Assembly: GCA_051252375.1 (NCBI GenBank)
Contig: JBPOFY010000002.1
Coordinates: 288,001-352,000, forward strand
Direction of reading: 5' to 3'
Source: Opitutaceae bacterium
GTDB taxonomy: Bacteria > Verrucomicrobiota > Verrucomicrobiia > Opitutales > Coraliomargaritaceae
Length of the DNA stretch: 64,000 nucleotides
Part shown: in pieces, positions 20,132 through 30,053 of the stretch
How positions within the stretch are numbered: position 1 is the first letter of the stretch
Layout of the letters: every line of letters starts with the position of its first letter
The notes under the pieces: generated by a model
The model's input: only the letters and a program-made list of their open reading frames with translations
Databases searched by the model: none
Told to the model about the DNA's origin: nothing
Translations under genes and position numbers: made by a program

Positions 20132-22438
20132 TTAATTTAGACCAAATGAGTTTACTTTACTAGCGTCAGGTTCAACTGGGCCGACTACTGCTTGCTGAAC
20201 ACCCTTGGCATAGAAAATCGCGGTCTCGCTTTTTTTCATGGAGACAGAATACGAACCATTCTCTAGGCGCTTCACAGCAGACTTTGCGATACCCTCAACT
20301 CGCTCTGGAGCGAAGTCTAGTTTCAGAAGGCAAGGCTCGCCGGCGTTGCTCGTGACACTCACGAACTGAGTCTGGCCGTCTCTTCGAGCGGCACTGATCG
20401 AGAAGCCACCTTTTGCGAGAAGACCATCAAAGGAGATATTTTTCCAAGATTCAGGAATGCTTGGGAACACACGGATCGTATCGCCCCAGCTTTGCAGGAG
20501 CATCAGCTGCATTGAATCACAGAGCGAAAGCGGTGTCTCGGTGACGGGCTGAATGCGGCTCGTTTCAGTATACATCGTCGTGCACCAAATCTTACCCGGA
20601 CCCTTGAGTTCATTCATGCGCATGAAAGTATCCAGGTATTTACCCGCGGCTTCGCCATCCTCCATCAGCGCATACATCGCGGCGACACCACTGAAGGAGT
20701 AGCCTGCATTACCCGTTCCAGGATAATTGATCCAATGATCCACCGACTTTTTAATCAACTCACGATTCTCGGGCTGATCCCAGTTCACCTCAATTAGTGG
20801 GTAAATCATCATCAGGTGTGAATAGTGCCTGTGCGATTTCTCGAATGGAAAATCCTTGGCCACCATGTAGCCATTCTCATTGGTAGGATAGTCCACCAAA
20901 CGGGCGAGCACATCCTTCCATTTAGGTAGCAACGGATCCTTGATCGCATAGCGCTCATCTATTTCGATCAGCGTGCTGCAGCCCCAACGGAAGAGCGCCA
21001 AATTGAAGTTACAATCCTCTCCCCCGCCATACTCAGGTGAACGTGTATGCGGCAGGTGTATCTTACCGTCCTCTCCTTCGACCATAAAGTGCAGGTAGGT
21101 GTTGACCGACTTCTTCAGTAGCGGGAAGAACTTTTCTGTGGTGCGCTCGGCATCCATGGTCCGCTCAAGCATGAGCCAATAGTCGTGGCAGGTCCAAAGC
21201 AGTTCACCAGTGAAGCCCAGGCGTCCAGACGGAAAGCGGCTGATAAATGTTTGCGGCACTATACTCGACATACCCGCACAGTCATCGCCGTATTGCTCTG
21301 GCATATTCGCGACCAACTGCGGCAGTTTTTCATCGAGCTTGGTAAAGAGACTTTCAGCGACTTCGAAGCGATTTGCCGTCGAAAGAAACCAATAGGACAG
21401 CTGTGTATTCAAGTTAAACCAGCCACTAGCCCATGCGGTGTTTTCCACAATCCATGGACCCATTGTATCCATGAAAGCCCTACCCTTGCGTGCGCCGGAA
21501 GCAAATTTGTAAACCTGAATCCAATAGAAGCTCTCCATGCGCGTATCGTCCAAACTGATAAAGCTCTTAGGATAATACTGGTGCCACCACACGCGGTGGC
21601 TTTCGATCAGACTGTCAAGCGACTCCCCTTCCGCCTTTTTCAAATGAGCGATCGCATCTTTAGTCGCAGTCTGCTCGGGATAGCTGTGCTCGATGGAAAC
21701 GCGTAGCTCTTGACGACCTTTCGCACCGCGCTGAATCGACCATGCCGTGCCATTTTCGCCACCCGCTTCCAGCAGCTGACGCGAGGTCTCGTAGCCGTCG
21801 AGCTGACCGAGAATAGGATCGGGGTTATATTTGTAAGGTGCCTTCGCCCAGCCAATGCGGCTACTCGGCGCTTTGTCGCCCTGCTCCTTCACCGCCAAGT
21901 CCGCTTGTAGGCGCGCTGGGGCGATGGCCTTCAAGGGCACGAAATCGAGTTTGGCGGCTTCCTTACCCGAAGGAACGAGACCATAGACAATCAACATATC
22001 TTCACTATGAACAATCGCCCGAATATCCAAGTGACCTTTGTCAGTAATCACCCTTACGCGAGTTTCCGCATTGTAGAGGTCGAGACGCCCCTCGAAACCG
22101 GTGATCTTACCAGTAGTCTTGAGAGTGAAATAGCCGACTGGCAGCCGAGACTGTGCAATAAAGGCACCACCTGTTTTCTTGTGATCTTCAACATCCGAGC
22201 GACCGAGGCTGATACGTAGTGTATCCTCGTCGAGTTGATGCATCATCGATCCCAGCATACCGTTGCCCATAAACGGTCCGTCATGCCATGCCTGCGGCGC
22301 TTGGTTCCAAACCAAATCGTGGCGCGCGAGGAAGTCCGCCCAATCGACATCGGATTTCACTGAAGCCGCTAGCACTGCTTGAGACGGCATCATTAACGTC
22401 GCCAATGCGGCGAAGAGTAAAACAATTTTTGAACGCAT
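20132..22438 (-). CDS. Glycoside hydrolase family 95-like (alpha-L-fucosidase/galactosidase)
   Basis: PFMGNGMLG, NLNTQLSYW, SPEY, SHRHYSHLMMIYP, MLLQSW...IRVFP...W. Confidence 0.85.
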   Translation of the reverse strand: MRSKIVLLFAALATLMMPSQAVLAASVKSDVDWADFLARHDLVWNQAPQAWHDGPFMGNGMLGSMMHQLDEDTLRISLGRSDVEDHKKTGGAFIAQSRLPVGYFTLKTTGKITGFEGRLDLYNAETRVRVITDKGHLDIRAIVHSEDMLIVYGLVPSGKEAAKLDFVPLKAIAPARLQADLAVKEQGDKAPSSRIGWAKAPYKYNPDPILGQLDGYETSRQLLEAGGENGTAWSIQRGAKGRQELRVSIEHSYPEQTATKDAIAHLKKAEGESLDSLIESHRVWWHQYYPKSFISLDDTRMESFYWIQVYKFASGARKGRAFMDTMGPWIVENTAWASGWFNLNTQLSYWFLSTANRFEVAESLFTKLDEKLPQLVANMPEQYGDDCAGMSSIVPQTFISRFPSGRLGFTGELLWTCHDYWLMLERTMDAERTTEKFFPLLKKSVNTYLHFMVEGEDGKIHLPHTRSPEYGGGEDCNFNLALFRWGCSTLIEIDERYAIKDPLLPKWKDVLARLVDYPTNENGYMVAKDFPFEKSHRHYSHLMMIYPLIEVNWDQPENRELIKKSVDHWINYPGTGNAGYSFSGVAAMYALMEDGEAAGKYLDTFMRMNELKGPGKIWCTTMYTETSRIQPVTETPLSLCDSMQLMLLQSWGDTIRVFPSIPESWKNISFDGLLAKGGFSISAARRDGQTQFVSVTSNAGEPCLLKLDFAPERVEGIAKSAVKRLENGSYSVSMKKSETAIFYAKGVQQAVVGPVEPDASKVNSFGLN

Positions 22439-22447
22439 ATTGATATG

Positions 22448-24322
22448 TTATTTGGTTACTTTTAAAGCAGCCTTCGAGAATGGCTTATTTTTACCGAGTT
22501 TCATTTCGGCAGTTAGCTCGGGGTAACTCACCAAAAAGTTATTGGTGTCGATTAAGTTGATGAAAAAGTGCGTGGTGCCTTGCGGAAGTTTGGCAGTCAC
22601 GGTGTCACCTGAGGTCGAAAGATTTGGTAAACGGAACCATTCTTCATATTTCTCCCCACCATTGAGTGTGTAGATCAAGTTCGCATGTGAAAGACCAGCA
22701 CCGTTGTTCTTAAATTTCACGACAACTTCACTGCTCCTTTGCTCAAGGCTGACGACAGTCGGGACGCTCTCCTTATTCGGCAGTGCTTTCGGATAATTGG
22801 GATTATATGAAGGAAGGCTTGCCTCCATTTCCAAGAGCATCTTGGAAAGTTCTTGATTCATCTGCTGCGCTTTCTCAGGCATCTTCTTAGCAAGGTTGAT
22901 GCCTTCTTCGATATCGCCGCGAACATGCTTTCCGGTGCTTGAATCATAGAGACGGTAGAGTTCTAGAGGCTCATTGTCAGGATTGTTCACATGGTCGTAT
23001 TTGCGGATCAATTTATAATCGCCGATGCGTATCGTGCTCTCCATCGCATGCCCATGCGGGAAGTGCCACATCATGGTATCACGTGGTCGACCATTCGCGT
23101 CTTTGACGAGTGACGGATCTTTCGGATCTTGAGTGAGCAGCGGCAATAGATCCAAACCATCGAGGTTTTTACCCTCTGGCTTGTTGGCACCGACCATTGA
23201 AAGAATCGTCGGGTAGAAATCGAGCCCGTTGGCTAGCACATCTGTTTGCACGCCAGCTGGGATATTTGGCCCGACGACGATAAGCGGCACACGTGTGCCA
23301 CCTTCACGGGCAGAAATTTTGCCACGATCCAAGGGATTGTTATCGGTGTAGCGCTCCGACGGACCACCTTCCATGCCTCCGTTATCGGAAGTAAAAATGA
23401 TATAGGTATTCTCGCTGAGCATATGCCCCGGCCAGCGTGGGTCTTCGGTCGTTTCCAAGTATTGGAATACTTGGCCTACGTAGTAATCCAATGCCTCAAC
23501 CATTGCTCCGTAAAACGGGTTCTTCTGCCCTGAGTCACTTCGTTGGTAAATCTCGCGAGGGTCTACCCCCATCTTTTCGATATACTTCTGTAAGAGCGCT
23601 TCAGAACGCGTATGAATGGGCGCATGAACGAGCCATGTCGCATAATAAAGAAAGAAGGGTTTGTCCTTGTTCTCTTTGATAAAGTTAAGCGCGTCTTCGT
23701 TGGTCTGGTGATAAGGAAAGCCATTCTCATCGAGACGATACGGATCGTTCGGCGCATCGGTCGCAAAGCCAGACAACCGATCCTTCATTCCGCTGTGCGC
23801 GCCGCGAGTGCTTCGCGTATAATCAAAGCCCACATCTTCCGGTTGAGGAAAAGCATTGTGATCGATCGCGATGTGCCATTTTCCAGAATGCCCCGTGACA
23901 TAGCCCGCTTGTTTCATGGCACGTGCCAGCGTGAATTCATCGGCAGGCATACGCCCGCTATACCAAGGATCCATCACTCGGAAATTTTTACTGATGGGCA
24001 CAGGCGGAGCACCGCCGACAACGTGTGTCTTCTGCGCCCGGGCAGGATGGTTGCCGCTCAGTATCGCACAACGAGAAGGCGCACAAGTCGGCGCGGGCGA
24101 GTAGCCCTGCCAAAACATAACACCCTTCCCCGCCAGCGCATCGATGTTTGGCGTCTCGTATGGCGAAGGCTCGTCGATGTCGTAGACCTTCACATCCTGC
24201 CAGCCAAAATCGTCCGTTAATAACAGGAGGATGTTGGGCTGCTCAGGGCGATCACTTTCACCAAACGAAGAGGTAACGGTGATCGCCAATAAAGCGCCCG
24301 CTAAGATTATTAATTTTTGCAT
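22448..24322 (-). CDS. Cys-type (S1) sulfatase with C-terminal extension
   Basis: NILLLLTDD, CAPSR, GKWH, FTSDNGG, EGGTRVP. Confidence 0.93.
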   Translation of the reverse strand: MQKLIILAGALLAITVTSSFGESDRPEQPNILLLLTDDFGWQDVKVYDIDEPSPYETPNIDALAGKGVMFWQGYSPAPTCAPSRCAILSGNHPARAQKTHVVGGAPPVPISKNFRVMDPWYSGRMPADEFTLARAMKQAGYVTGHSGKWHIAIDHNAFPQPEDVGFDYTRSTRGAHSGMKDRLSGFATDAPNDPYRLDENGFPYHQTNEDALNFIKENKDKPFFLYYATWLVHAPIHTRSEALLQKYIEKMGVDPREIYQRSDSGQKNPFYGAMVEALDYYVGQVFQYLETTEDPRWPGHMLSENTYIIFTSDNGGMEGGPSERYTDNNPLDRGKISAREGGTRVPLIVVGPNIPAGVQTDVLANGLDFYPTILSMVGANKPEGKNLDGLDLLPLLTQDPKDPSLVKDANGRPRDTMMWHFPHGHAMESTIRIGDYKLIRKYDHVNNPDNEPLELYRLYDSSTGKHVRGDIEEGINLAKKMPEKAQQMNQELSKMLLEMEASLPSYNPNYPKALPNKESVPTVVSLEQRSSEVVVKFKNNGAGLSHANLIYTLNGGEKYEEWFRLPNLSTSGDTVTAKLPQGTTHFFINLIDTNNFLVSYPELTAEMKLGKNKPFSKAALKVTK

Positions 24323-24369
24323 GACATTATTTTGCTCAAAATTGCTTCAATGAAATCAACTCGCGTCGA

Positions 24370-25878
24370 CTATTTTTTCTTAGAACCGTTTTTCCAAATA
24401 TCGATTTGCGCATCATTCTTCTGATCTGCACCCGGCGTGCTGCGGCCTTGCTCGACATAAGATTCTAACAGCGCGATGAGACTCGTCACTTTCTCGGGGT
24501 ATTGCTCAAGCAAGTTGTTCATTTCACCAAGATCATCTGCCATATTGTATAGTTGCATATCAGGCAGGCCTTTCTTTTTGGCTTCAGCGTCCTTGGGTGA
24601 TGACCAACCACCGGAACCCGGAGCCAAAAGTAGCTTCCATGGTCCTTGGCGAATCGCGAACTTCCCGTCGATCGAGTGATGCACGACTGCTTCACGTGGA
24701 GTCTTCAGTTCTTTTCCCAAGAGGATGGGTGCGAAGCTGATGCTATCTTCGGCAGTATCGTCTGCATAGGTATGACCAAGCATTTCGGAGAAAGTCGCAA
24801 ACATGTCGGCGAGGCTAATCAATTGATCCGTCGTAGACGCTGCTTTGACTTGTGCGGGCCAACGTAAGATGAAAGGCACGCGGTGCCCCCCATCCCATAG
24901 ATCTGCCTTTGACCCACGAAGATTTGCGCTCGGGTAGTGACCTTGCTTCTCCAGATTTCCAATATCGGCAGCCTTCGAGGTGCCGTTGTCGGCACTAAAT
25001 ATAACGATGGTATTTTCAGTCAGTCCGTTACGTTCCAGTGCTTCCATGACGGCACCCACGGAACCATCGGTCTGGGCAACGAAATCGCCATACTTACCAA
25101 TGCCGCTTTTACCCATCCATTCCGGAGCCGTGGCAATCGGCGTATGCGGTGAACTCAATGGGAAAAAGATAAAGAACGGCTGACCCTGCCCTGAGCCAGT
25201 CGAACGGGCCGCTTTTGCCTCAGCCGTATGCGCATCGATATAATCGGTAGCCGCTTTGGTGATCGCAGGCAAAATATCCACCACATCCATTTCCTCAACA
25301 ATGGTATCATCAACAACAATACTACTCATCGATCTGGCATGGTGGAAGCCATAGAAATGATCAAAACCACGCGTGATAGGACCATCCGGAATATGCGTGC
25401 CGACAGGAACATTCGCAGGATAGATGGAATTTGTTTTCTTAGGTCTTGGTGCTTTCGCAAGTGCTGCGGGCACCTCGTAACTATATTCTAGATGCCATTT
25501 ACCAAAAATCGCGGTGTCGTAGCCTTGCGCCTGAAAGAGCTTCCCCAGGGTCATACGATCCTCTGCAATCAGCGGCGGCTTGCCCCCTTGAACGACACCA
25601 CTCTGAAGTCGAGTGCGCCAGTTGTAACGCCCAGTCAGCAACGCATAGCGTGAGGGTGTGCAGACCGAAGAGGTGGTGTGCGCATCGGTAAAGATCATCC
25701 CCTCCGCAGCCAAGGCATTGAGACTGGGTGTCGGCACTCTGCTACGTTCTGGGTTGAGCGCTTCGACTTCACCATAGCCCATATCATCGGCATAGATCAG
25801 CACCACGTTCGGCTTGATGTCTGCAGCAAAGGCGGACGATGTGATCAGTAATGGAAGGAGTAGTTTTTCAATTATCAT
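24370..25878 (-). CDS. Cys-type (S1) arylsulfatase
   Basis: ADDMGYG, CTPSRYALLTG, GKWH, SADNG, DGGHRVP. Confidence 0.94.
   Translation of the reverse strand: MIIEKLLLPLLITSSAFAADIKPNVVLIYADDMGYGEVEALNPERSRVPTPSLNALAAEGMIFTDAHTTSSVCTPSRYALLTGRYNWRTRLQSGVVQGGKPPLIAEDRMTLGKLFQAQGYDTAIFGKWHLEYSYEVPAALAKAPRPKKTNSIYPANVPVGTHIPDGPITRGFDHFYGFHHARSMSSIVVDDTIVEEMDVVDILPAITKAATDYIDAHTAEAKAARSTGSGQGQPFFIFFPLSSPHTPIATAPEWMGKSGIGKYGDFVAQTDGSVGAVMEALERNGLTENTIVIFSADNGTSKAADIGNLEKQGHYPSANLRGSKADLWDGGHRVPFILRWPAQVKAASTTDQLISLADMFATFSEMLGHTYADDTAEDSISFAPILLGKELKTPREAVVHHSIDGKFAIRQGPWKLLLAPGSGGWSSPKDAEAKKKGLPDMQLYNMADDLGEMNNLLEQYPEKVTSLIALLESYVEQGRSTPGADQKNDAQIDIWKNGSKKK
25185..25208. repeat. 24-bp mini-repeat inserted in frame within the sulfatase gene
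   Basis: CCTGCCCTGAGCCAGTCGAACGGG matches the intergenic CCTGCCATGAGCACGTCGAATGGG (39759-39782) at 20 of 24 positions. It encodes the atypical RSTGSGQ segment. Confidence 0.7.
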
Positions 25879-25949
25879 AGTAGATTTCTATTGTGCGTGC
25901 TCGACGACAAGCTCTTAGATCGAGACATCAAGCTGGTCGGAAGTGTATC

Positions 25950-27440
25950 CTAGTTTCCGGAATAATCCTGATAGAGGTCCTCCGTATCCTTTCGCAAGGC
26001 TTCAAGGACACTCGCATACTCTGGATTGGCGGCGAGATTGTTCATTTCCAGCGGATCTTTTTCGATGTCATAGAGTTCTTCAATCGGTGGAGTATGCTCG
26101 AAATAGACGAAGTATTTAAACTTCTGCGAGCGGACGCCTCTGCTGCGATAGGAGCGATTGTTTTCGATTAATTCGGCGTTCAGAGCAGCGTGGTCAACTT
26201 TCACTCCTTTGGGTTGGCCGCGTCCTGCCTTGAACATTTCCTCGATAAAGAGGTTTTCCATAAAGACGACGTCCCTCCAGTCGGTGAGGTCAACGGATCC
26301 ATTAATGAATCCTGCTAGACTCTTTCCTTGCACACTCTCAGGGATTTCCACGCCTGCGAGTTCCATAATAGTAGGCGCGACATCGGTAGAAGACACGATG
26401 GCATCGACACGAGTTCCTGGCTGTTTCCCGACTTTCCTTCCGTCCCAGATAATCAGCGGTTGCTTCATCACATCGTCATACAAGATAGCCTTGTCATAGA
26501 TGCCATGAGAGCCATGGAAGCGACCATTGTCACTGGTATAGATAACAACTGTGTTATCCTTCACTCCCATTTCATCTAATTTTTCCATGAGTCTTTTCAC
26601 CTGATGGTCTACGGTTAAACCTTGGGTGGCAAAGCGGCGAGCGAGCTTCTGGTAGAGCTCTGGAGTCGATGTGCGTTCGAGGTGGTATCGGGGGCCTCTG
26701 CCATAATCGAGCACCACCTTGGGTAGCTTCTCATTTTTCCCCTCAACCCAGTTTCCGGGGACAGACATATCCTGATTTGCGAAGACCTCCGTGTCGGGAC
26801 CATACATGTCTCGATCACTGTCATTTTTAACTGCATCGAAGCTCACAGAGAGCACGAAGGGTTGATCCTTTGGCTGAGTATCTAGGAAATGGATCATCGC
26901 ATCTCCTTTGACGATGGTTCGCTCCTTTGGATCTCGATCCTTACTGAAAATCGCTTCTAGCGTTTCATCCATTGGCCAGATCAATCCATTCGGGCTCGTT
27001 TTCGACTTCAGCGCAACGTAGTCAAAGTCGGACTGGTAGGTCGCACGCGGAACGCGGAACCCGAACTTCCCAACAAATCCACTACGATACCCCGCTCTCT
27101 TAAGAGCTGCGTGATAGGTATCATCAAATTCCTCTTTGCTCATCCCTTTATTATGCGGATAAGCAAAGCCATTCTGGTGGCTGGCAAAGTAACGGCCACT
27201 CATCATCGTAGCACGGCTAGGCATACAAATCGCGACTGCATAATAGGCATTGTCGAAAGTGATTCCCTCTGCGGAGAGCTGATCGATGGTTTCTGTCTTG
27301 AACTCAGGACGACCGTAGCAACCTAAAGTATCCCACCTTTGGTCATCTGTCATGACGAAGACAATATTTGGAGGCTTTTCCGCATTTGCTGCAGATAGAG
27401 CAAGCGTCGAGAGGACGAGTAATAATAATTTCTTAATCAT
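25950..27440 (-). CDS. Cys-type (S1) sulfatase
   Basis: TDDQR, CMPSR, YTSDNG, EELYDIEKDP. Confidence 0.93.
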   Translation of the reverse strand: MIKKLLLLVLSTLALSAANAEKPPNIVFVMTDDQRWDTLGCYGRPEFKTETIDQLSAEGITFDNAYYAVAICMPSRATMMSGRYFASHQNGFAYPHNKGMSKEEFDDTYHAALKRAGYRSGFVGKFGFRVPRATYQSDFDYVALKSKTSPNGLIWPMDETLEAIFSKDRDPKERTIVKGDAMIHFLDTQPKDQPFVLSVSFDAVKNDSDRDMYGPDTEVFANQDMSVPGNWVEGKNEKLPKVVLDYGRGPRYHLERTSTPELYQKLARRFATQGLTVDHQVKRLMEKLDEMGVKDNTVVIYTSDNGRFHGSHGIYDKAILYDDVMKQPLIIWDGRKVGKQPGTRVDAIVSSTDVAPTIMELAGVEIPESVQGKSLAGFINGSVDLTDWRDVVFMENLFIEEMFKAGRGQPKGVKVDHAALNAELIENNRSYRSRGVRSQKFKYFVYFEHTPPIEELYDIEKDPLEMNNLAANPEYASVLEALRKDTEDLYQDYSGN

Positions 27441-27617
27441 AAATCGTTTTTATGTTTCACGAATCAATGGCAAAGCAAGCGAGAGCAATGGCAGATGATC
27501 CACACATGGATATTGGGGAGAACTCAATGAAACAGAGTTACAGAATTAGTCATATAGATACTAAACTAATGTCCCTCCCCTACCTATAGCGCTTTTACGC
27601 TATAAATGGATATAACC

Positions 27618-28463
27618 TCACCGCACCCGTCGACGAATTAGCCCGAGCGTGAGACTTAGACCACTTAGAATAAGGGCACAACTAGCCGACTCTGGAATAC
27701 TCACATATTTAGCAGGATTACCAAACTCGTTATAAAGCGCCTCTAGCGATTCGACCGAATCGTAGATTTTCACATTTGCCAGCTCGAAACCGTATCCCTG
27801 GCTGAGACCTCGATTCGTGCCAAAAACAAAGTCATCTAATTCCAAATTCTGCGTTAAAAGATTGCCATTAACGAGATCTCCGAAGCTCCCATCGGATGAT
27901 GAAATAGTCGTGGACAAATTCCTTCCATCATAGACGAATCCAACATGATACCAAGTATTCGCCTGATGAAGATTAAACGTATCAGTGTTATATTGTCTCT
28001 TCATCGAATCGACACGAATCATAGTCGCTCCACTGAGAGTATAATTGTTATTCTCAATGGATTCACCCGCACTAAAGAACTGAAATGAAGTGGAATCAGC
28101 CCCATTTCTAGAAGCAAAAATCCCCCCATACACATGGTCTTGATCAACAACATCTGTCTTAAACCAAAAAGACACTGTGAATTTCTTAAAATCCTGATCC
28201 GTATCCATCAATAAATAGTTTTGCGGACCTCGAACTACAGCTCTGGAAGTGAATACTGCGACTCCATCTCCCAAAGTAACCGGCAGCTCACCTGCATCGA
28301 CTAAAGAAAGCTCCGCACCGACCTCATTGTCCAAAAGATCGCCATCCGAAAAGTCATAATGTGCGACTAAATCGGCCTCAACATAACAGAATGTTGAAAG
28401 AATGATTCCAGCGATGCAAATGAGACGCTTCATCTTGACCATTGGGGAGTGAATGAAATTCAT
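27618..28463 (-). CDS. LamG/concanavalin-A-like domain protein with PEP-CTERM-like sorting signal
   Basis: LVAHYDFS, FTVSFWFK, WYHVGFVYDG. The C-terminus is IPES + TM helix + RRRVR. The true start may lie a few codons downstream. Confidence 0.72.
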   Translation of the reverse strand: MNFIHSPMVKMKRLICIAGIILSTFCYVEADLVAHYDFSDGDLLDNEVGAELSLVDAGELPVTLGDGVAVFTSRAVVRGPQNYLLMDTDQDFKKFTVSFWFKTDVVDQDHVYGGIFASRNGADSTSFQFFSAGESIENNNYTLSGATMIRVDSMKRQYNTDTFNLHQANTWYHVGFVYDGRNLSTTISSSDGSFGDLVNGNLLTQNLELDDFVFGTNRGLSQGYGFELANVKIYDSVESLEALYNEFGNPAKYVSIPESASCALILSGLSLTLGLIRRRVR

Positions 28464-28607
28464 GGAGACGAGAGATAGGAGTAAAAGAATACTCCAGAGA
28501 AGGTTCTAGCTAAGAAAACGTATCCTAATTAGGTAGTCAATGGGAACAGCTGTAAAAAGAATGTTACTCCAAAGCAGTTAGGTATCGTTTACGGCAATTG
28601 AAGATAA

Positions 28608-30032
28608 CTATTTAAGCTCTAGGCAAACTACCGTGCAGAGTGCATCCAATGGCTCCGACGGCAACTGGATCGTTACTGTGCCACCATCTTGTGTGACTTT
28701 CACTCCTGCCTTCTCGGCATCGGCGAGGAAGTAGGCTTTCGTGACCTTATCCTGATCGAATCCGTGCAACACTATTGGCTCCGTTGGCCAGTCAAACAAG
28801 TGCAGGTAGAGTTTACCTTCGCGACCGGTGGCGAGCCATGCGTAATCTTTCTGCTTATGGCCTTTCTTCGCCTTGCCTGCACCGGTGGCGAGGGCTTCCG
28901 CATCGAGCTTCTTTTGCTCGGCGAGTGAAACATTCTTATACTCGCCCTGCCCTTCAAATATTGTGCCGCGCGCGCCGTAGATGGCTTCGCCGTTGACCTT
29001 CAACCACTCGCCGGCGGCTTCGAGATTCTCAATAGCAGGCTCAGGAATGAGGCCCTCTGCAGTCGGACCAACATTTAGAAGAAATGCCCCACCTTTACTC
29101 ACAACTTCGACGAGCTGCATGATGACTTGCTGTGGTGTCTTCCAATTGTGATCCTGCGCGTTATAGCCCCAGGCTCCGTTCAAAGTCATGCAAGTTTCCC
29201 AGTATTCCCATGGGCTGTGCGGCGGTATCGTGCGGTCGCGGTAGGAAAGAAAATCAACACCGATATCCACTAGCTCATCAAGTTGCGCTTGTTTCAATCC
29301 TTCTACTTGGTTGCCGTGATACATCAGGCGACTATTGATGATTGTATCCGGATTGTGACTACGAACCACCGCTTCAAACTCGCGCCCAAGATCAGCATTC
29401 ATCGAATGCGGCGTATCAAACCAAATGTGAGTGGGGTCATACTGTAAAATCTCCCTCAACTGAGGAATGCCTTTCTCGTCGATGTATTTCCTAAAATCAC
29501 CGCGTTGCGCATCATCCCATTTTCGTCCAGCACCACCGGGGTATTCCCAGTCTTGAGTCTGCGAATAATAAAACCCGAGTTTAATGCCCGCTTTGTCGCA
29601 GGCCGCTTTTAGCTCTTTCAATACGTCACGTTTGAAGGGCGTGTAATCGACGATGTTATAGTCACTTACATCGGAGTCGAACATCGCAAAACCATCGTGG
29701 TGTTTGCTGGTGATGGTGATGTATTTCATGCCAGCGTTCTTAGCGACCGCCACCCACTCTTCTGCGTTGAATTTGGTCGGATTGAACTTCGACGCCATCT
29801 CCTTGTATTCAGCCACTGGTATCTTAGTGCGATTCATGACCCACTCGCCATTTGCCAAGGTGGAATAGACCCCCCAGTGAATGAACATACCATACTTGGC
29901 TTCGTCGAGCCACTCGGCGCGACCCGTGCTGCGCTCCTCAGTGGGCACTGAAACAACTTGAGCCATTGCAGTTTGCGTGAGACTTGCACCGACAAGAAGT
30001 GCTGCAGAATAGAATACTGAAATTGCTTTCAT
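28608..30032 (-). CDS. Alpha-L-fucosidase (GH29)
   Basis: KYGMFIHWG, TSKHHDGF, IWFD nucleophile, WETCMT, LLNVGP. Confidence 0.95.
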   Translation of the reverse strand: MKAISVFYSAALLVGASLTQTAMAQVVSVPTEERSTGRAEWLDEAKYGMFIHWGVYSTLANGEWVMNRTKIPVAEYKEMASKFNPTKFNAEEWVAVAKNAGMKYITITSKHHDGFAMFDSDVSDYNIVDYTPFKRDVLKELKAACDKAGIKLGFYYSQTQDWEYPGGAGRKWDDAQRGDFRKYIDEKGIPQLREILQYDPTHIWFDTPHSMNADLGREFEAVVRSHNPDTIINSRLMYHGNQVEGLKQAQLDELVDIGVDFLSYRDRTIPPHSPWEYWETCMTLNGAWGYNAQDHNWKTPQQVIMQLVEVVSKGGAFLLNVGPTAEGLIPEPAIENLEAAGEWLKVNGEAIYGARGTIFEGQGEYKNVSLAEQKKLDAEALATGAGKAKKGHKQKDYAWLATGREGKLYLHLFDWPTEPIVLHGFDQDKVTKAYFLADAEKAGVKVTQDGGTVTIQLPSEPLDALCTVVCLELK

Positions 30033-30053
30033 AGATTGATAAGGTCGTTGAAA

